From assembly GCA_964291285.2 (NCBI GenBank), contig OZ219786.1, forward strand, positions 224,001 through 288,000: a DNA stretch of 64,000 nucleotides. Direction: 5' to 3'. Positions within the stretch are counted from its first letter, which is position 1, and each line of letters begins with the position of its first letter. Of the stretch, positions 1-9,249 are shown one piece after another. Both the position numbers and the translations under genes were made by a program. Origin of the DNA: Alphaproteobacteria bacterium. Its GTDB lineage: Bacteria; Pseudomonadota; Alphaproteobacteria; Bin95. The notes beneath the pieces are model-generated. The model searched no databases and was not told where the DNA came from. It saw only the letters and a program-made list of their open reading frames with translations.

Positions 1-516
1 CACCAGGATACCCCGCCAGGTCTTGTGTCACGCATATGCTGCGACCGGGCGTGACACTGAACCTGCTTTACCGGCCGGTGACCGCCGCAGGCATATATTT
101 GACACAAATCACTCCGCAATGCAGACATCCCCGAAACACAAATTAAACATAAGATATCAAGACGATCTGCGCATCATCAGACATAATTCAGGCGTAATTT
201 TGCACTAAATATGACATAACCATCGTCGCCGGGTTCCACCGCCCGACCCTGCCATCGCCGGCCGCCCTCACGACCCGCGCAACACAAGGCAACCACATAG
301 CTTTTGATATGAAACACATGTTCGATACATCAACGCAGCATCGATGCTCATATAGCGCTTTTTGCTCCAGACGCCTCTATATCCCCTGATATATGGCCAA
401 CATCCTGTATTACAATAAAATCCCCAATTCGTTACTGAAATGCCGCATTCGTCCCAATATCCTACAAGCAGGATCATGACACAAGGTGCTTGCATTTACC
501 TTCATGATCCCCTATC

Positions 517-777
517 ATGAGCCACTTTTCGAGGAAAGCAGCGCTTCGTTCAACAGGGTGTTCCTATAGCCAGGAATTCGGCTGTCCTTGGCACACCATC
601 GGCAGGCCGCGCCGGGACGAGACGCGCACCCTCTCGCTCTCCGTGCACAACCGCGCCGTCACCGTGCTCGGCTTCAGCCCCCGCCTCTCGCTCATCCGCG
701 AGGAGCGCGATACCAACGCCCAGGCCCTCGACTACAAACGAAACCGCGCCGAACTCTCCTTCGTGCGACAGTTCTGA
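517..777 (+). pseudogene. 3' fragment of an outer-membrane beta-barrel protein (DUF560/Slam-like C-terminus)
   Basis: Last ~55 aa (RRDETRTLSLSVHNRAVTVLGFSPRLSLIREERDTNAQALDYKRNRAELSFVRQF) have alternating beta-strand pattern and a terminal Phe. The first ~25 aa lie in lower-GC DNA and look unrelated. Confidence 0.5.
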
Positions 778-882
778 CCGGACACGCCGATAGCAGGGAA
801 CCTCACCGTCACCGGGTGCGGCGCAGGAAGAAGACCGGCGCCATTCGCTCATGAAGAAGCGGGCCGGTCGCGGCCGCCCCGG

Positions 883-2028
883 TCATGTCTCCATGATGGC
901 GCTCATGGCCTGCCCGACGCGTTCCGCGGCGGCCTCGATGTCGCGGTCGGCAAGATGGGCGTAGCGCAGCGTCATGCGCACACTGGAATGGCCGAGCAGG
1001 CGGGAGACCACCGGGACGGGCACGCCGTTCATCACCGCATGGCTGGCCATGGTATGGCGCAGGTCATGAAGGCGGACATCCCCGATGCCGGCTTCGCGTC
1101 TGACGCGGTACCAGAGCGGCAGGTCCGGGCTGCGCGGGCGGGCGGGGTCGCACGGCGAGGGAAACACGAACGCGCTGCCCGCGCGCGTCTGCCGGTCGAG
1201 AATGGCGCGGGCCTGTCTGTTGAGTGGAACCGTCCTCGGTCCGGTCTTGGCATCGGTGAGCGCCAGCCCGTCCTCGCGGACTTCCGACCAGCCGAGGCCC
1301 GTGATCTCGCTTCTGCGGCAGCCGGTCAGCAGCAGGAGGCGGACGATGTCGGCCTGTTGCCGCGCGCTCTTCCGGGTCTGCGCGTCCAGGGCGGCATGGA
1401 GGCGTGCGAGTTCCTCCCGGGACAGGAACCGCGTGAGCGCCGTGCGGCGGTTCGGGGCGATGCGCCCGACGGGATTGACCTCGATGTGGCCGCAGGCGAG
1501 GGCGAAGTTGAGTATCTGCCGCAGACGGGCAAGGCAGTGATTGGCGTTGCCCGGCGCGGTGCGGCTGTATCGCTCGAACCAGCGCCGGATGGCGGCCTCG
1601 CCGATGCGGTCCAGCGGCTTCGATCCGAATGCCGGCAGGAGCTGGCCCGCAAGCTGATAGCGGGCGGTCCTCTGCGTCGAGGGCTTGTAGCCGTCGAAAT
1701 GCGCCTCCTTCCACGGGCCCGCGACGAAATCCCGGAACAGCGGGACCGGCCCCGCGCGCACGGCCCTTGCGCCGGGCTCGGGGTTCGCCTTGCGGGCATG
1801 GCATTCCCTGCGCACCTCCTCCAGGCTCTTCACGCCGACCGGGCCGAGCGAGACGCGCTTCGTGCGCCCGCCGCTGTCGAGCAGCAGCACCCAGCTGCGC
1901 CCGCCGGTGGGCCGCACCCGGACGCCGAGACCGGCGATGCGCGTGTCCCGGACCGTATATTCCCGCTCGCGGGGGCGGAGACGGGCGACGGCGGCGTCGG
2001 TGAGTTTCATCCGTTCCCTGCCCGCCAT
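883..2028 (-). CDS. int: Tyrosine recombinase/integrase with N-terminal arm-binding domain
   Basis: KLTDAAV...VRDTRIAGLGVRV arm domain; catalytic R (TGCRRSE), K (KTG), HDLRH, LGH, Y (RYAH). Confidence 0.95.
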   Translation of the reverse strand: MAGRERMKLTDAAVARLRPREREYTVRDTRIAGLGVRVRPTGGRSWVLLLDSGGRTKRVSLGPVGVKSLEEVRRECHARKANPEPGARAVRAGPVPLFRDFVAGPWKEAHFDGYKPSTQRTARYQLAGQLLPAFGSKPLDRIGEAAIRRWFERYSRTAPGNANHCLARLRQILNFALACGHIEVNPVGRIAPNRRTALTRFLSREELARLHAALDAQTRKSARQQADIVRLLLLTGCRRSEITGLGWSEVREDGLALTDAKTGPRTVPLNRQARAILDRQTRAGSAFVFPSPCDPARPRSPDLPLWYRVRREAGIGDVRLHDLRHTMASHAVMNGVPVPVVSRLLGHSSVRMTLRYAHLADRDIEAAAERVGQAMSAIMET

Positions 2029-3032
2029 CAGCCTGCCTCCAGCACGGCGCCGACCGTCTCGGCGGCGTCCTGCATCATGGCGTCGGCGACATGGGTGTAT
2101 TTCAGCGTGGTCTCCGGCCTGCGGTGGCCCAGCAACCGGCCGATGGCGAGCACCGTCTCGCCCTGCCTGAGGGCAAGGCTCGCATGCGTATGGCGCAAGT
2201 CGTGAAGGCGGGCGTCTTCGAGTTCCGCCCCGGCGCGGACCCTGTGCCAGAAGTGGTCCAGCCAGCTTCCGCCCCGGGGTCGCCCGCTATCCGGGGCCGG
2301 GAACACATGGCGGCCTTTCCGCTCAAGGCCGTCGAGAACCGTCCGGGCCGGTTCGGAGAGCCAGACCGTCCGGGGGCCCGTTTTGGAGTCGCGGAGAAAC
2401 AGGCGGCCTTCGCGGTAGTCGGACCATTGCAGGGTGAGGATCTCGCCCTTGCGGCAGCCGGTCAGCAGCAGCAGGCGGATGATGGCGACCTGCTGCGGCC
2501 AGCAATTCTCATGCGCCCTGAGCCTCGCGGACAGGCGGCGGATTTCCTCGTCCGGGAGGAACCGCTCGCGGCCCTTGCGGCGGTAGCGCCTGATCCCCCG
2601 GCAGGGGTTGGACCCTTCCGGGCGCAGGCCCATGGCCTCCGCCTCCCTCATGATGACGGACAGCACCGGCATGGAGCGGTCCGCTGCCACCGGCACCGCG
2701 CGCAGGCGGGCGAACCAGTTCCTTACCTCCCACGCGATCGCCGCCGGCCTGAGGCCGGCCTCGAAGGCGGCAAGGATCGGCTTTTCCTGCCCCTGCGTCA
2801 CCGGCGCGGGCCTGGCGTGCACCCTTCCTCCGGATGTCTTGCCGGCCTGCCGCCCGCGCCTGCGGGCTTCGGCTGTTGCCGTTTCGCCCTGCCGGTCGAG
2901 GTCCGCGTCGTCGAGATGGCGGAGCAAACGGTCGAGGCTCCCGCCGCGCTTTCCCGTTCCGCCGCCCGGGCGCGCCGTCCTTCCTGCGCGTTGCCCCACC
3001 TTCGCGGCCCTTCCTGTCACCGGTGAGCGCAT
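2028..3032 (-). CDS. Second tyrosine integrase, catalytic domain intact, N-terminus missing or degenerate (possible pseudogene)
   Basis: TGCRKGE, KTG, HDLRH, LGH, KYTH present. Integrase-like sequence starts only near 2780 and the upstream part is low-complexity. Its stop overlaps the next integrase start (TGATG at 2026-2030). Confidence 0.8.
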   Translation of the reverse strand: MRSPVTGRAAKVGQRAGRTARPGGGTGKRGGSLDRLLRHLDDADLDRQGETATAEARRRGRQAGKTSGGRVHARPAPVTQGQEKPILAAFEAGLRPAAIAWEVRNWFARLRAVPVAADRSMPVLSVIMREAEAMGLRPEGSNPCRGIRRYRRKGRERFLPDEEIRRLSARLRAHENCWPQQVAIIRLLLLTGCRKGEILTLQWSDYREGRLFLRDSKTGPRTVWLSEPARTVLDGLERKGRHVFPAPDSGRPRGGSWLDHFWHRVRAGAELEDARLHDLRHTHASLALRQGETVLAIGRLLGHRRPETTLKYTHVADAMMQDAAETVGAVLEAG

Positions 3033-3264
3033 CGCGTGTGCGCTGGTCGATTGCAGCCCGAACGTGCCGGTGTGGCCATGGCCGGGGTGCTCTCCAGCTA
3101 CCGGTCACCCGTGCCGCCGGCCCGCCGCCCGCCGTCGGGAACACCGCCTCCCCCGCTCCGCGCCGGCAGGAGGGAAGGTCTGGCCGTGAGCGGGGCGGCG
3201 GTCGGCGCACCGGAGGGCGGGGCGCTGCCGCCGGGTTCCACCACGACACGATGGAGACGGCAGC

Positions 3265-3597
3265 ATGACGACAGCAAGGATGGCGATGCCCGGCAATACG
3301 GCGAGCACGTTCCTGGTCCACTATTTCGGCGGCGGCCTCGACGGCGACGACCGCTTCGTGGTCGAGCGGTTCCGCGCCCTGGCCTGCGGCGACATTCGTC
3401 CGGTCCGGGACGGCGAGGAGAACGCGAAGGGGCGGCGCAAGGTCAGGCGCACCGTGGTCTCGCGCAAGGAGGCCGAGGCGATGCGCCCGGAGCGCACCGA
3501 GATCATCATCTGCACCGGCCTTCGCACCCGCGGGGGGAAACAGGCCTGGGGTTCGGTTGCGGCGGGCCTCCTGTGCGACCGCAAGCAGCGCGGCTGA
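3265..3597 (+). CDS. Small hypothetical protein, paralog of 24251-24565
   Basis: GGAG RBS; shares FLVHxFGxGLxxDxxxVVERxR...GDIR...RPxRxEIxICxG...GxQxWGS with 24251-24565. Confidence 0.7.
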   Translation: MTTARMAMPGNTASTFLVHYFGGGLDGDDRFVVERFRALACGDIRPVRDGEENAKGRRKVRRTVVSRKEAEAMRPERTEIIICTGLRTRGGKQAWGSVAAGLLCDRKQRG

Positions 3598-3684
3598 GCG
3601 CTTTCCCGAGGGACGTCCCGCCGGCCCGGCCGGGTCGGCGGGACGATCCTCTTCCGTTTTCCCCACGGCAAGGAGAACGCTCCC

Positions 3685-4743
3685 ATGTGCGAGCAGCAGG
3701 ACATCGGGGCCCGGCGCGCGCGGAACCTGGAGCGCTGGCATCGTCGGGTTGCCGACCGGCGTGCGCGCGGCAAGTGCATCGGGTGCGGCAAGCGCGAACC
3801 CGAGCCCGCGCGGACCCTGTGCGGCAAGCGCGAACCCGAGCCCGCGCGGACCCTGTGCGCGCCCTGCGGCGAGAAGCGGAACCGGGCGAGCCGGGCCAGG
3901 GACGCAAGGCTGCGCACCGCCGGCCTCCCCCGGAGAGACCCCGACAAGGCCCGCGCCCAGGAGCGCGACCGGTCCCGCCGCGAGGCTGAAATGCGCCGCA
4001 ACGCCGGGCTCTGCATCCGGTGCGGCAAGCAGCCGGCCGCCGATGGCCGCGCGTCCTGCGAGCCGTGCCTGGAGAAGCGCCGGGCAGCCGACCGCGCGAA
4101 ATACGCCGCCGGGAAAGCCGCCGGCCTCAAGTATGGCGGGGCCGATGCCGAAGCCAAAAGGCGCGCCGCCCGGGCGAAGAGCAAGCGCCGCCAGAAAGCC
4201 CGGATCGAGACGGGACTCTGTATCCGCTGCGGCAGGCAGCCCCCTGCCGGGGGCGGAACCACCTGCCAGCCCTGCCGCGACAGGAGGCAGGCGGCGGAAC
4301 GGCGGCAATACCGGGACCGGCGCCGGGCCGGGCTCTGCACCCGGTGCGGCGCCGCCGTCCATGACGGTCTGTCGCGCTGCGCTGCGTGTGCCGCCATCGA
4401 GGAGGCCAGCCACGACCCGGAGCGCAAGAACGCGCGCTCGCGGCAGTTGTACGCCCGGCGCCGGGCCGCCGGCCTGTGCACGGCCTGCGGGGCGCCGTCA
4501 CAGGGGGCGGCGCGCTGTGCGCCCTGTGCCGGGAGGTCGTATCACGGCTCGGCGCATTTCAGGGGCATCCCGGTCCACGATCCGGTCTGGACCGTGATCG
4601 AACTGGAGACCGGCCGCGAGCACGGTCCGTTCGACGATCCGGCCGATGTCGCCCTCTGCCTCGCCTTCGGGAAGCTCGACCGCAACCGCGTCGAGATCGT
4701 CGCCGACGCCCCCGTCACCGCCTCCTTCACCGCCTGGACCTGA
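3685..4743 (+). CDS. Tandem C4 zinc-finger-like repeat protein (5 units) with conserved C-terminal domain
   Basis: AGGAG RBS; five GxCxxCG-x8-10-CxxC units, each followed by an Arg-rich helix; C-terminus homologous to that of 24701-25996. Confidence 0.8.
   Translation: MCEQQDIGARRARNLERWHRRVADRRARGKCIGCGKREPEPARTLCGKREPEPARTLCAPCGEKRNRASRARDARLRTAGLPRRDPDKARAQERDRSRREAEMRRNAGLCIRCGKQPAADGRASCEPCLEKRRAADRAKYAAGKAAGLKYGGADAEAKRRAARAKSKRRQKARIETGLCIRCGRQPPAGGGTTCQPCRDRRQAAERRQYRDRRRAGLCTRCGAAVHDGLSRCAACAAIEEASHDPERKNARSRQLYARRRAAGLCTACGAPSQGAARCAPCAGRSYHGSAHFRGIPVHDPVWTVIELETGREHGPFDDPADVALCLAFGKLDRNRVEIVADAPVTASFTAWT
3784..3855 (+). repeat. Perfect 36-bp in-frame tandem duplication (CGKREPEPARTL x2)
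   Basis: tgcggcaagcgcgaacccgagcccgcgcggaccctg at 3784 and 3820. Confidence 0.95.
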
Positions 4744-4937
4744 CATGCTGTCCCGGGCGGCGATGGCGGCGCTCGCCTGGCCGCGATCCGCCGCACCGTC
4801 CCTGTGTCGTGGAGAGGAGTGAAGCACCTGCCGGGCGAGTGTCCGGCAGGGCGGAGGAGAGGAACTCCCCGCGCCGATGCCGGACCGGTGTCCGGCACAG
4901 GTCGCCGGGCAGGGCAACGGCAAAGGAGACCCCGCCC

Positions 4938-5183
4938 ATGTTCCATCCCGATACATCCCTCGACCTCCCGCTCGGCTGCGACCTGCTCGCCGAACTCGGC
5001 GTCGACCGCCGCACCGTCCGCGAGATCGCCGGGGACGAGCGCGCCATCCGCTGCCCCGACAGGGGCGCGGCCTGTCCGGTGCACGGCTTCGCGAGCCTCT
5101 TCCCGGAACCGGCGTTCGGGATGTCCCTCCAGGACCCGGCGGCGTCGCTCCCTCCGGCGAACCGGAGGTGGAGGAGGGCCTGA
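4938..5183 (+). CDS. Small hypothetical protein (81 aa)
   Basis: AAGGAG RBS before ATG (MFHPDTSLDLPLGCDLL...); lies between the Zn-repeat gene and ssb. Confidence 0.55.
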   Translation: MFHPDTSLDLPLGCDLLAELGVDRRTVREIAGDERAIRCPDRGAACPVHGFASLFPEPAFGMSLQDPAASLPPANRRWRRA

Positions 5184-5275
5184 AGAGATTGAACGGGCGG
5201 GGGTTCGGGGGAGTGACCCCGGCCCCGTCCGTTCGCAACCCATCGTCATCAACACGAACCTGAAGGAGTATCGCA

Positions 5276-5725
5276 ATGAGCTTCGGATTGAACAAGGTGC
5301 AGATCATCGGCCGCCTCGGCGCGGACGTCACCGTCAACCACCTCACCTCGGGCGGGCGCGTCGCCAACCTGAGCATCGCGACCGACGAGTCGTTCATCAA
5401 CAAGCAGACCGGCGAGAAGGTCGACAGGACCGAGTGGCACCGGGTCGTGACCTTCCAGGACGGGCTGATCGACATGCTCGCCAGGCACGCCATGAAGGGC
5501 CGGCTGGTCTACATCGACGGCAAGCTCCAGACCCGGCGCTGGTCCAGGCCGGGCGAGGACGGCGACCGTTTCTCCACCGAGATCCTGCTGGTCCCGGGTG
5601 GGCGCGTGCAGTTCCTCGACAAGGCGAACGGCAACGCCGCGCAGCCCGGCCCGGACGCGACGAGCGACGCCGGCCCCGTGCCGGCCGGCGGCGACCCGAT
5701 GGACGGGGACCATATCCCGTTCCAG
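5276..5725 (+). CDS. ssb: Single-stranded DNA-binding protein; expected stop appears lost, ORF reads on to 6352
   Basis: LNKVQIIGRLGAD...ATDE...TEWHRVV...GKLQTRRW OB fold; tail DGDHIPF is followed by CAG (5723-5725) where a stop would be expected. Confidence 0.9.
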
Positions 5726-5749
5726 AGCTTCCCGTTCTTCCTTCCCCAC

Positions 5750-5781
5750 AGGGCCGGCGCCTCGCGCGTCGGCCCTTTCTT
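5750..5781 (+). terminator. Putative intrinsic terminator after ssb
   Basis: agggccggcgc-ctc-gcgcgtcggccct hairpin followed by ttctt. Confidence 0.5.
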
Positions 5782-5906
5782 CATGCAGGCAGGTTCGAGT
5801 CTCGCCGCGGCGCATACGGAGTGGGAGCGAGGCTGGAAAGCGGGTGAACCGCGCGAGGAGGAGAGGGAGCCCGCTCGCGCACCCGTCACGCGACCCGGAG
5901 AACCCG

Positions 5907-6134
5907 ATGAGCACCATCTCCTTCCGCCGCATCGCCCCCGACGAATCCCGCATCTACCGGGACGGCGACCATGTCGGCGACATCCACGCCTTCGACGACA
6001 GCATCCGGCCGGGGCGCAGGGTGTTCGCCATACATCTCGACGAGGACCCGCGCGGCCCCGTCTATCTCCACGACCGCACCCGCATCCGCGAGACCGCCCG
6101 GCAGCGGGTCGACTCCCATCCCCTGTGGGGTTGA
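5907..6134 (+). CDS. Small hypothetical protein (75 aa)
   Basis: GGAG RBS; MSTISFRRIAPDESRIYRDGDHVGDIH..., with normal protein-like composition. Confidence 0.65.
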   Translation: MSTISFRRIAPDESRIYRDGDHVGDIHAFDDSIRPGRRVFAIHLDEDPRGPVYLHDRTRIRETARQRVDSHPLWG

Positions 6135-6548
6135 CGCAAGGGCGGGCAACGGCGCCTCCCGCTCCGGCGCCGTGCCGGCCGAACCGACGATGGGGTCCGT
6201 GCAGGGCCAGAGAAATACGCCACCCCGCTGTACTGTCCCATTGTGCCACACGTGCTCTCTCCAGCAACCCCTTCGGGGTCCTCCGGTCGCTGCGCTCCCT
6301 GCGGCCCGGGCAAGAAGCTCCAGGGGCGGACCGTGAAAGCCGGCGACCGTGAAGATCGCGTGTCAGAGGCCGAGCACGCCTGGCATCGGCGGTGCGAACG
6401 CGATCTTCCGCACCACTCGCCGACTTTCCGCACCACTCCGCCCCAAGAGCTTCCAGGCCCGGGTGCTTCCGTTGCGCGCGCGTGACCCAACAGGACATCA
6501 CGTCGGGGATCGGCCCCGAACCTGCAACCCGATCGCAAGGAGATCGTC

Positions 6549-7475
6549 ATGACCTTCCATACCGACACCGTCGAGACCGCCGGACAGTCCGCAACCGCGA
6601 CCGTCTGCGAACACGCCGCCCTCTACGGCGCCACCCCCGAGCGCGACGAGCTCGACCCCCGCGAGGTCTGGGACGAGGACGATGCGCTGACCGCAATCGG
6701 CGAGGCCTTCCGCATCCTCGCCGAAGGCGCCTGCCCCGACGGCACCCAGCTCGCCGACGAACGCGAGAGCCTGCTGTGGGGCTTCGTCAACATGCTCCAC
6801 GCCCAGAGCCGCCGCCTCGACCGCAGCGTCGACCGGCTCAGCCCGGACCTGCGCGACCTCCAGCGCGAGCAGGACGGCTCCGAGATCAAGTCCCGCGACC
6901 TGGAGCTCGTCACCGACCGCGCGCAGAACCTCGGAGACCGGCGCGACGCCTTCGAGAAGATGCGCAACACCGCCGCGCACGCCTACCGCGAAGAGACCGG
7001 CGACATGTGGCGGCCCCGGCACGGCAGCCACGCCAGCCAGACCGGACATCTGACCTCCGCCGCCATCGACGCCCGCGACTTCGTCCGCGCCCGAAAGGAC
7101 CGCAAGACACAGGCTCATCTGCCCCAGGGAACCCTCGTCGCCATCGCCGGCGGCAAGGACATCGCAAACCCGGCGGCCGTCATCGAGCGCCTCGACAAGG
7201 TCCGCGCCAGGTATGCCGACCTCGTCCTCGTCCACGGCGGCGGCCCCGGCGTCGAGAAGATCGCCGCAAGCTGGGCAGAGCGCAACGGCGTCCACCAGGT
7301 CGTCTGCAAACCGGACTGGGACAGGCACGGACGCGCCGCTCCGTTCCGCCGCAACGACGAACTGCTCAACCTCCTGCCCAAGGGCGTCATCGCCTTCCCC
7401 GGCTCCGGCATCACCGACAACCTCGTGGACAAGGCCCGCAGCCTCGGCATCCCGGTCATGCGCTGCCCCGCCTGA
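6549..7475 (+). CDS. DUF2493 / YspA-SLOG family protein
   Basis: C-terminal VAIAGG...LVLVHGG...GVEKIAASWA...AAPFRRN...IAFPGSGIT...ARSLGIPV SLOG motifs; AGGAG RBS. Confidence 0.85.
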   Translation: MTFHTDTVETAGQSATATVCEHAALYGATPERDELDPREVWDEDDALTAIGEAFRILAEGACPDGTQLADERESLLWGFVNMLHAQSRRLDRSVDRLSPDLRDLQREQDGSEIKSRDLELVTDRAQNLGDRRDAFEKMRNTAAHAYREETGDMWRPRHGSHASQTGHLTSAAIDARDFVRARKDRKTQAHLPQGTLVAIAGGKDIANPAAVIERLDKVRARYADLVLVHGGGPGVEKIAASWAERNGVHQVVCKPDWDRHGRAAPFRRNDELLNLLPKGVIAFPGSGITDNLVDKARSLGIPVMRCPA

Positions 7476-7479
7476 CACG

Positions 7480-8120
7480 CAGCACCCACGGGCCGCGTCG
7501 TCTCCGCTCCGGCGGCGGCGCGGTCCGTTTCCGTATGCGCACACCCGTCGCGCGACAGCTACGCCTCGCGCGCGCTTCGCGCCGCGCCCGTGCGGCGCCT
7601 GCCCCGGACTGCGGTCCGGGGCTGCCGCATCACGCGCCGCTGCACCATGCTTCGCATGGGTGCATCGCGGGCTGCGCCGAGCCCGGCGCAGGGCCGCCGG
7701 CACTGCTGACCCGCCCACTGCCGGCGCTGCTGCCGGACCGGCACGACACCGTGCTTCGCACCGCTGCCCGCAGTCCTGCAGGCGCCGCCGTCGGCGCCTC
7801 CGATCGCAACGGCTATCGCAACCGTCACCGCACCCGCGCGGCTGACGCCGCGGTAACGGGTGCGCCATCCCCGTCTGCGTCTGCGGCAATGTGTGAGCAG
7901 CACGCGATCACCCTGAACAGCCCCGCTTTCGTCCAGCACGCCTGTATCGCGGTAACATGTGCGCGGCGCCCTTCGGCTCCGCGGAACATGTGCGGCGGCG
8001 CCCGTGTCGCCGAGGTAACGCCGCCGGCTCCGGTGCGCCATGTGTGAAGACTGCCCTCCGCCGTTTGCACGCCGCGCCGCGTTCTGTTACCTCTGCGACC
8101 GGACGACAACGCGGAACGCG
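7480..8120. promoter_or_regulatory. Hairpin-rich non-coding region (candidate ssDNA signals / oriT vicinity)
   Basis: Many short stems with cttcg/ctacg/ctgcg loops (catg-cttcg-catg, ccccggac-tgcg-gtccgggg, gtg-cttcg-cac) and repeated cgcgg(t)aacatgtgcg; no convincing ORF. Confidence 0.4.
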
Positions 8121-8661
8121 CCCGAAGATCGTGGACCGGTCGTCTCGCTCAATCGCCGCGACGGCTCCTGTCCCTTGTGACGCCGGCGTTTCAGGCGATG
8201 GTGGTGTGCAGGGCAACCTCGCCCGATCTCGACTCCGTTCGGAGTTTTACCGTCACACCCGACGCATCCTTGATGCAGGCGTTGCCATGGCTGCCCGTGT
8301 CCGCTGCTGGCCGCCCATGCCGCGGGCGAGCGCAGGTCTGTCCGCTCCTGTCACGCCGGGAAAGGTCGCACCGGATTGGTAGCTCCCGTGTTTGCCGCAA
8401 ACACATGCGCGATATCAGGAGGTTGGGCGCCGCCTCGCCGGACTCCACCGGACATGGCGGCCCCTTCCGCCCCCGCTGGATATGGACTTGCTCCTGCGAA
8501 ACTACCAGTCTGGTATCGCCCTCGCATACGCTGCACCATGACAGCTACCGGTCCGGCAGCTGTCCGGAGGCCGCGTTCGTCCGCGAGTTCGGCCCGCCAC
8601 GCCAAACGACCGGGGGCGGCGCGGCCCCGGGGATCTGAAAGAACCGGAACTCTCCCGAATC

Positions 8662-8785
8662 GTAAGCGTTCGGTCACGAGGTGATTGGGGCGATGACAGC
8701 ACTGAGCGAATGCAGACGAGCCCCGGGGCAATGCGTCGTTGCCACTGTCACCCTCATCATCGTCACCCTTTGACCGAACGCTTAC
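8662..8785. repeat. Inverted repeat with 15-bp perfect arms upstream of RHH gene
   Basis: gtaagcgttcggtca (8662-8676) / tgaccgaacgcttac (8771-8785), with imperfect pairing extending inward. Confidence 0.85.
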
Positions 8786-8818
8786 TCCGAATCCATACGC
8801 AAGAACGGGCAAAATCGC

Positions 8819-9205
8819 ATGACATCGTCACTCCAGAAGAACATCCGGGTCACCGCAGACCAATGGAAGCGTATCGAAACGGCGGCCAGGGAGCGGCAGG
8901 TTTCGCCCAATCGGCTCGTCGTCGAGCTCGCCATCGAGGCCCTCGACCGGCGCGAATGGCCCGGCACAGGGGCCGAAATCAAGGGGCGGGCCTCCTTCTT
9001 CGCCGCTCAGGCCATCGCCCGGGACCTCATTGCCGACGGACGAGAGAATGAAATCGAGGAGATTCTACAGTTCGCCTCGGCGCTGGTGTCCGAGACCACC
9101 AAGCATATCGGTGAACAGGACCGGCGTACCCGGTTTGCTTCTTTGCCGTCGCCGGGCAGAGAAAATTCCCTTCGACAGCCTGGCCTCGTGCAGAGCCTTG
9201 CATGA
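8819..9205 (+). CDS. Ribbon-helix-helix DNA-binding protein (TrwA-like relaxosome accessory candidate)
   Basis: QKNIRVTADQWKRIETAARERQVSPNRLVVELAIEAL fits the RHH beta-alpha-alpha pattern. Confidence 0.55.
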   Translation: MTSSLQKNIRVTADQWKRIETAARERQVSPNRLVVELAIEALDRREWPGTGAEIKGRASFFAAQAIARDLIADGRENEIEEILQFASALVSETTKHIGEQDRRTRFASLPSPGRENSLRQPGLVQSLA

Positions 9206-9249
9206 TGTGATGTGGCGCGCCGCCGACGCTTTCGCGGGTTAAACCGGTG

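Noticed and set aside
1-516. Short ORFs 23-208 and 268-495; tRNA/att site
   Set aside because: No RBS or motifs and atypical composition; no cloverleaf or repeated att core is recognisable.
3685-4743. Multiheme cytochrome or ferredoxin
   Set aside because: Motifs are CxxCG and CxxC without CxxCH or CxxCxxCxxxC; no signal peptide; very basic.
6200-6235. R388-like nic site (minus strand ggtggcgtatttctct)
   Set aside because: Only a partial match and no clear adjacent inverted repeat; too weak to call.
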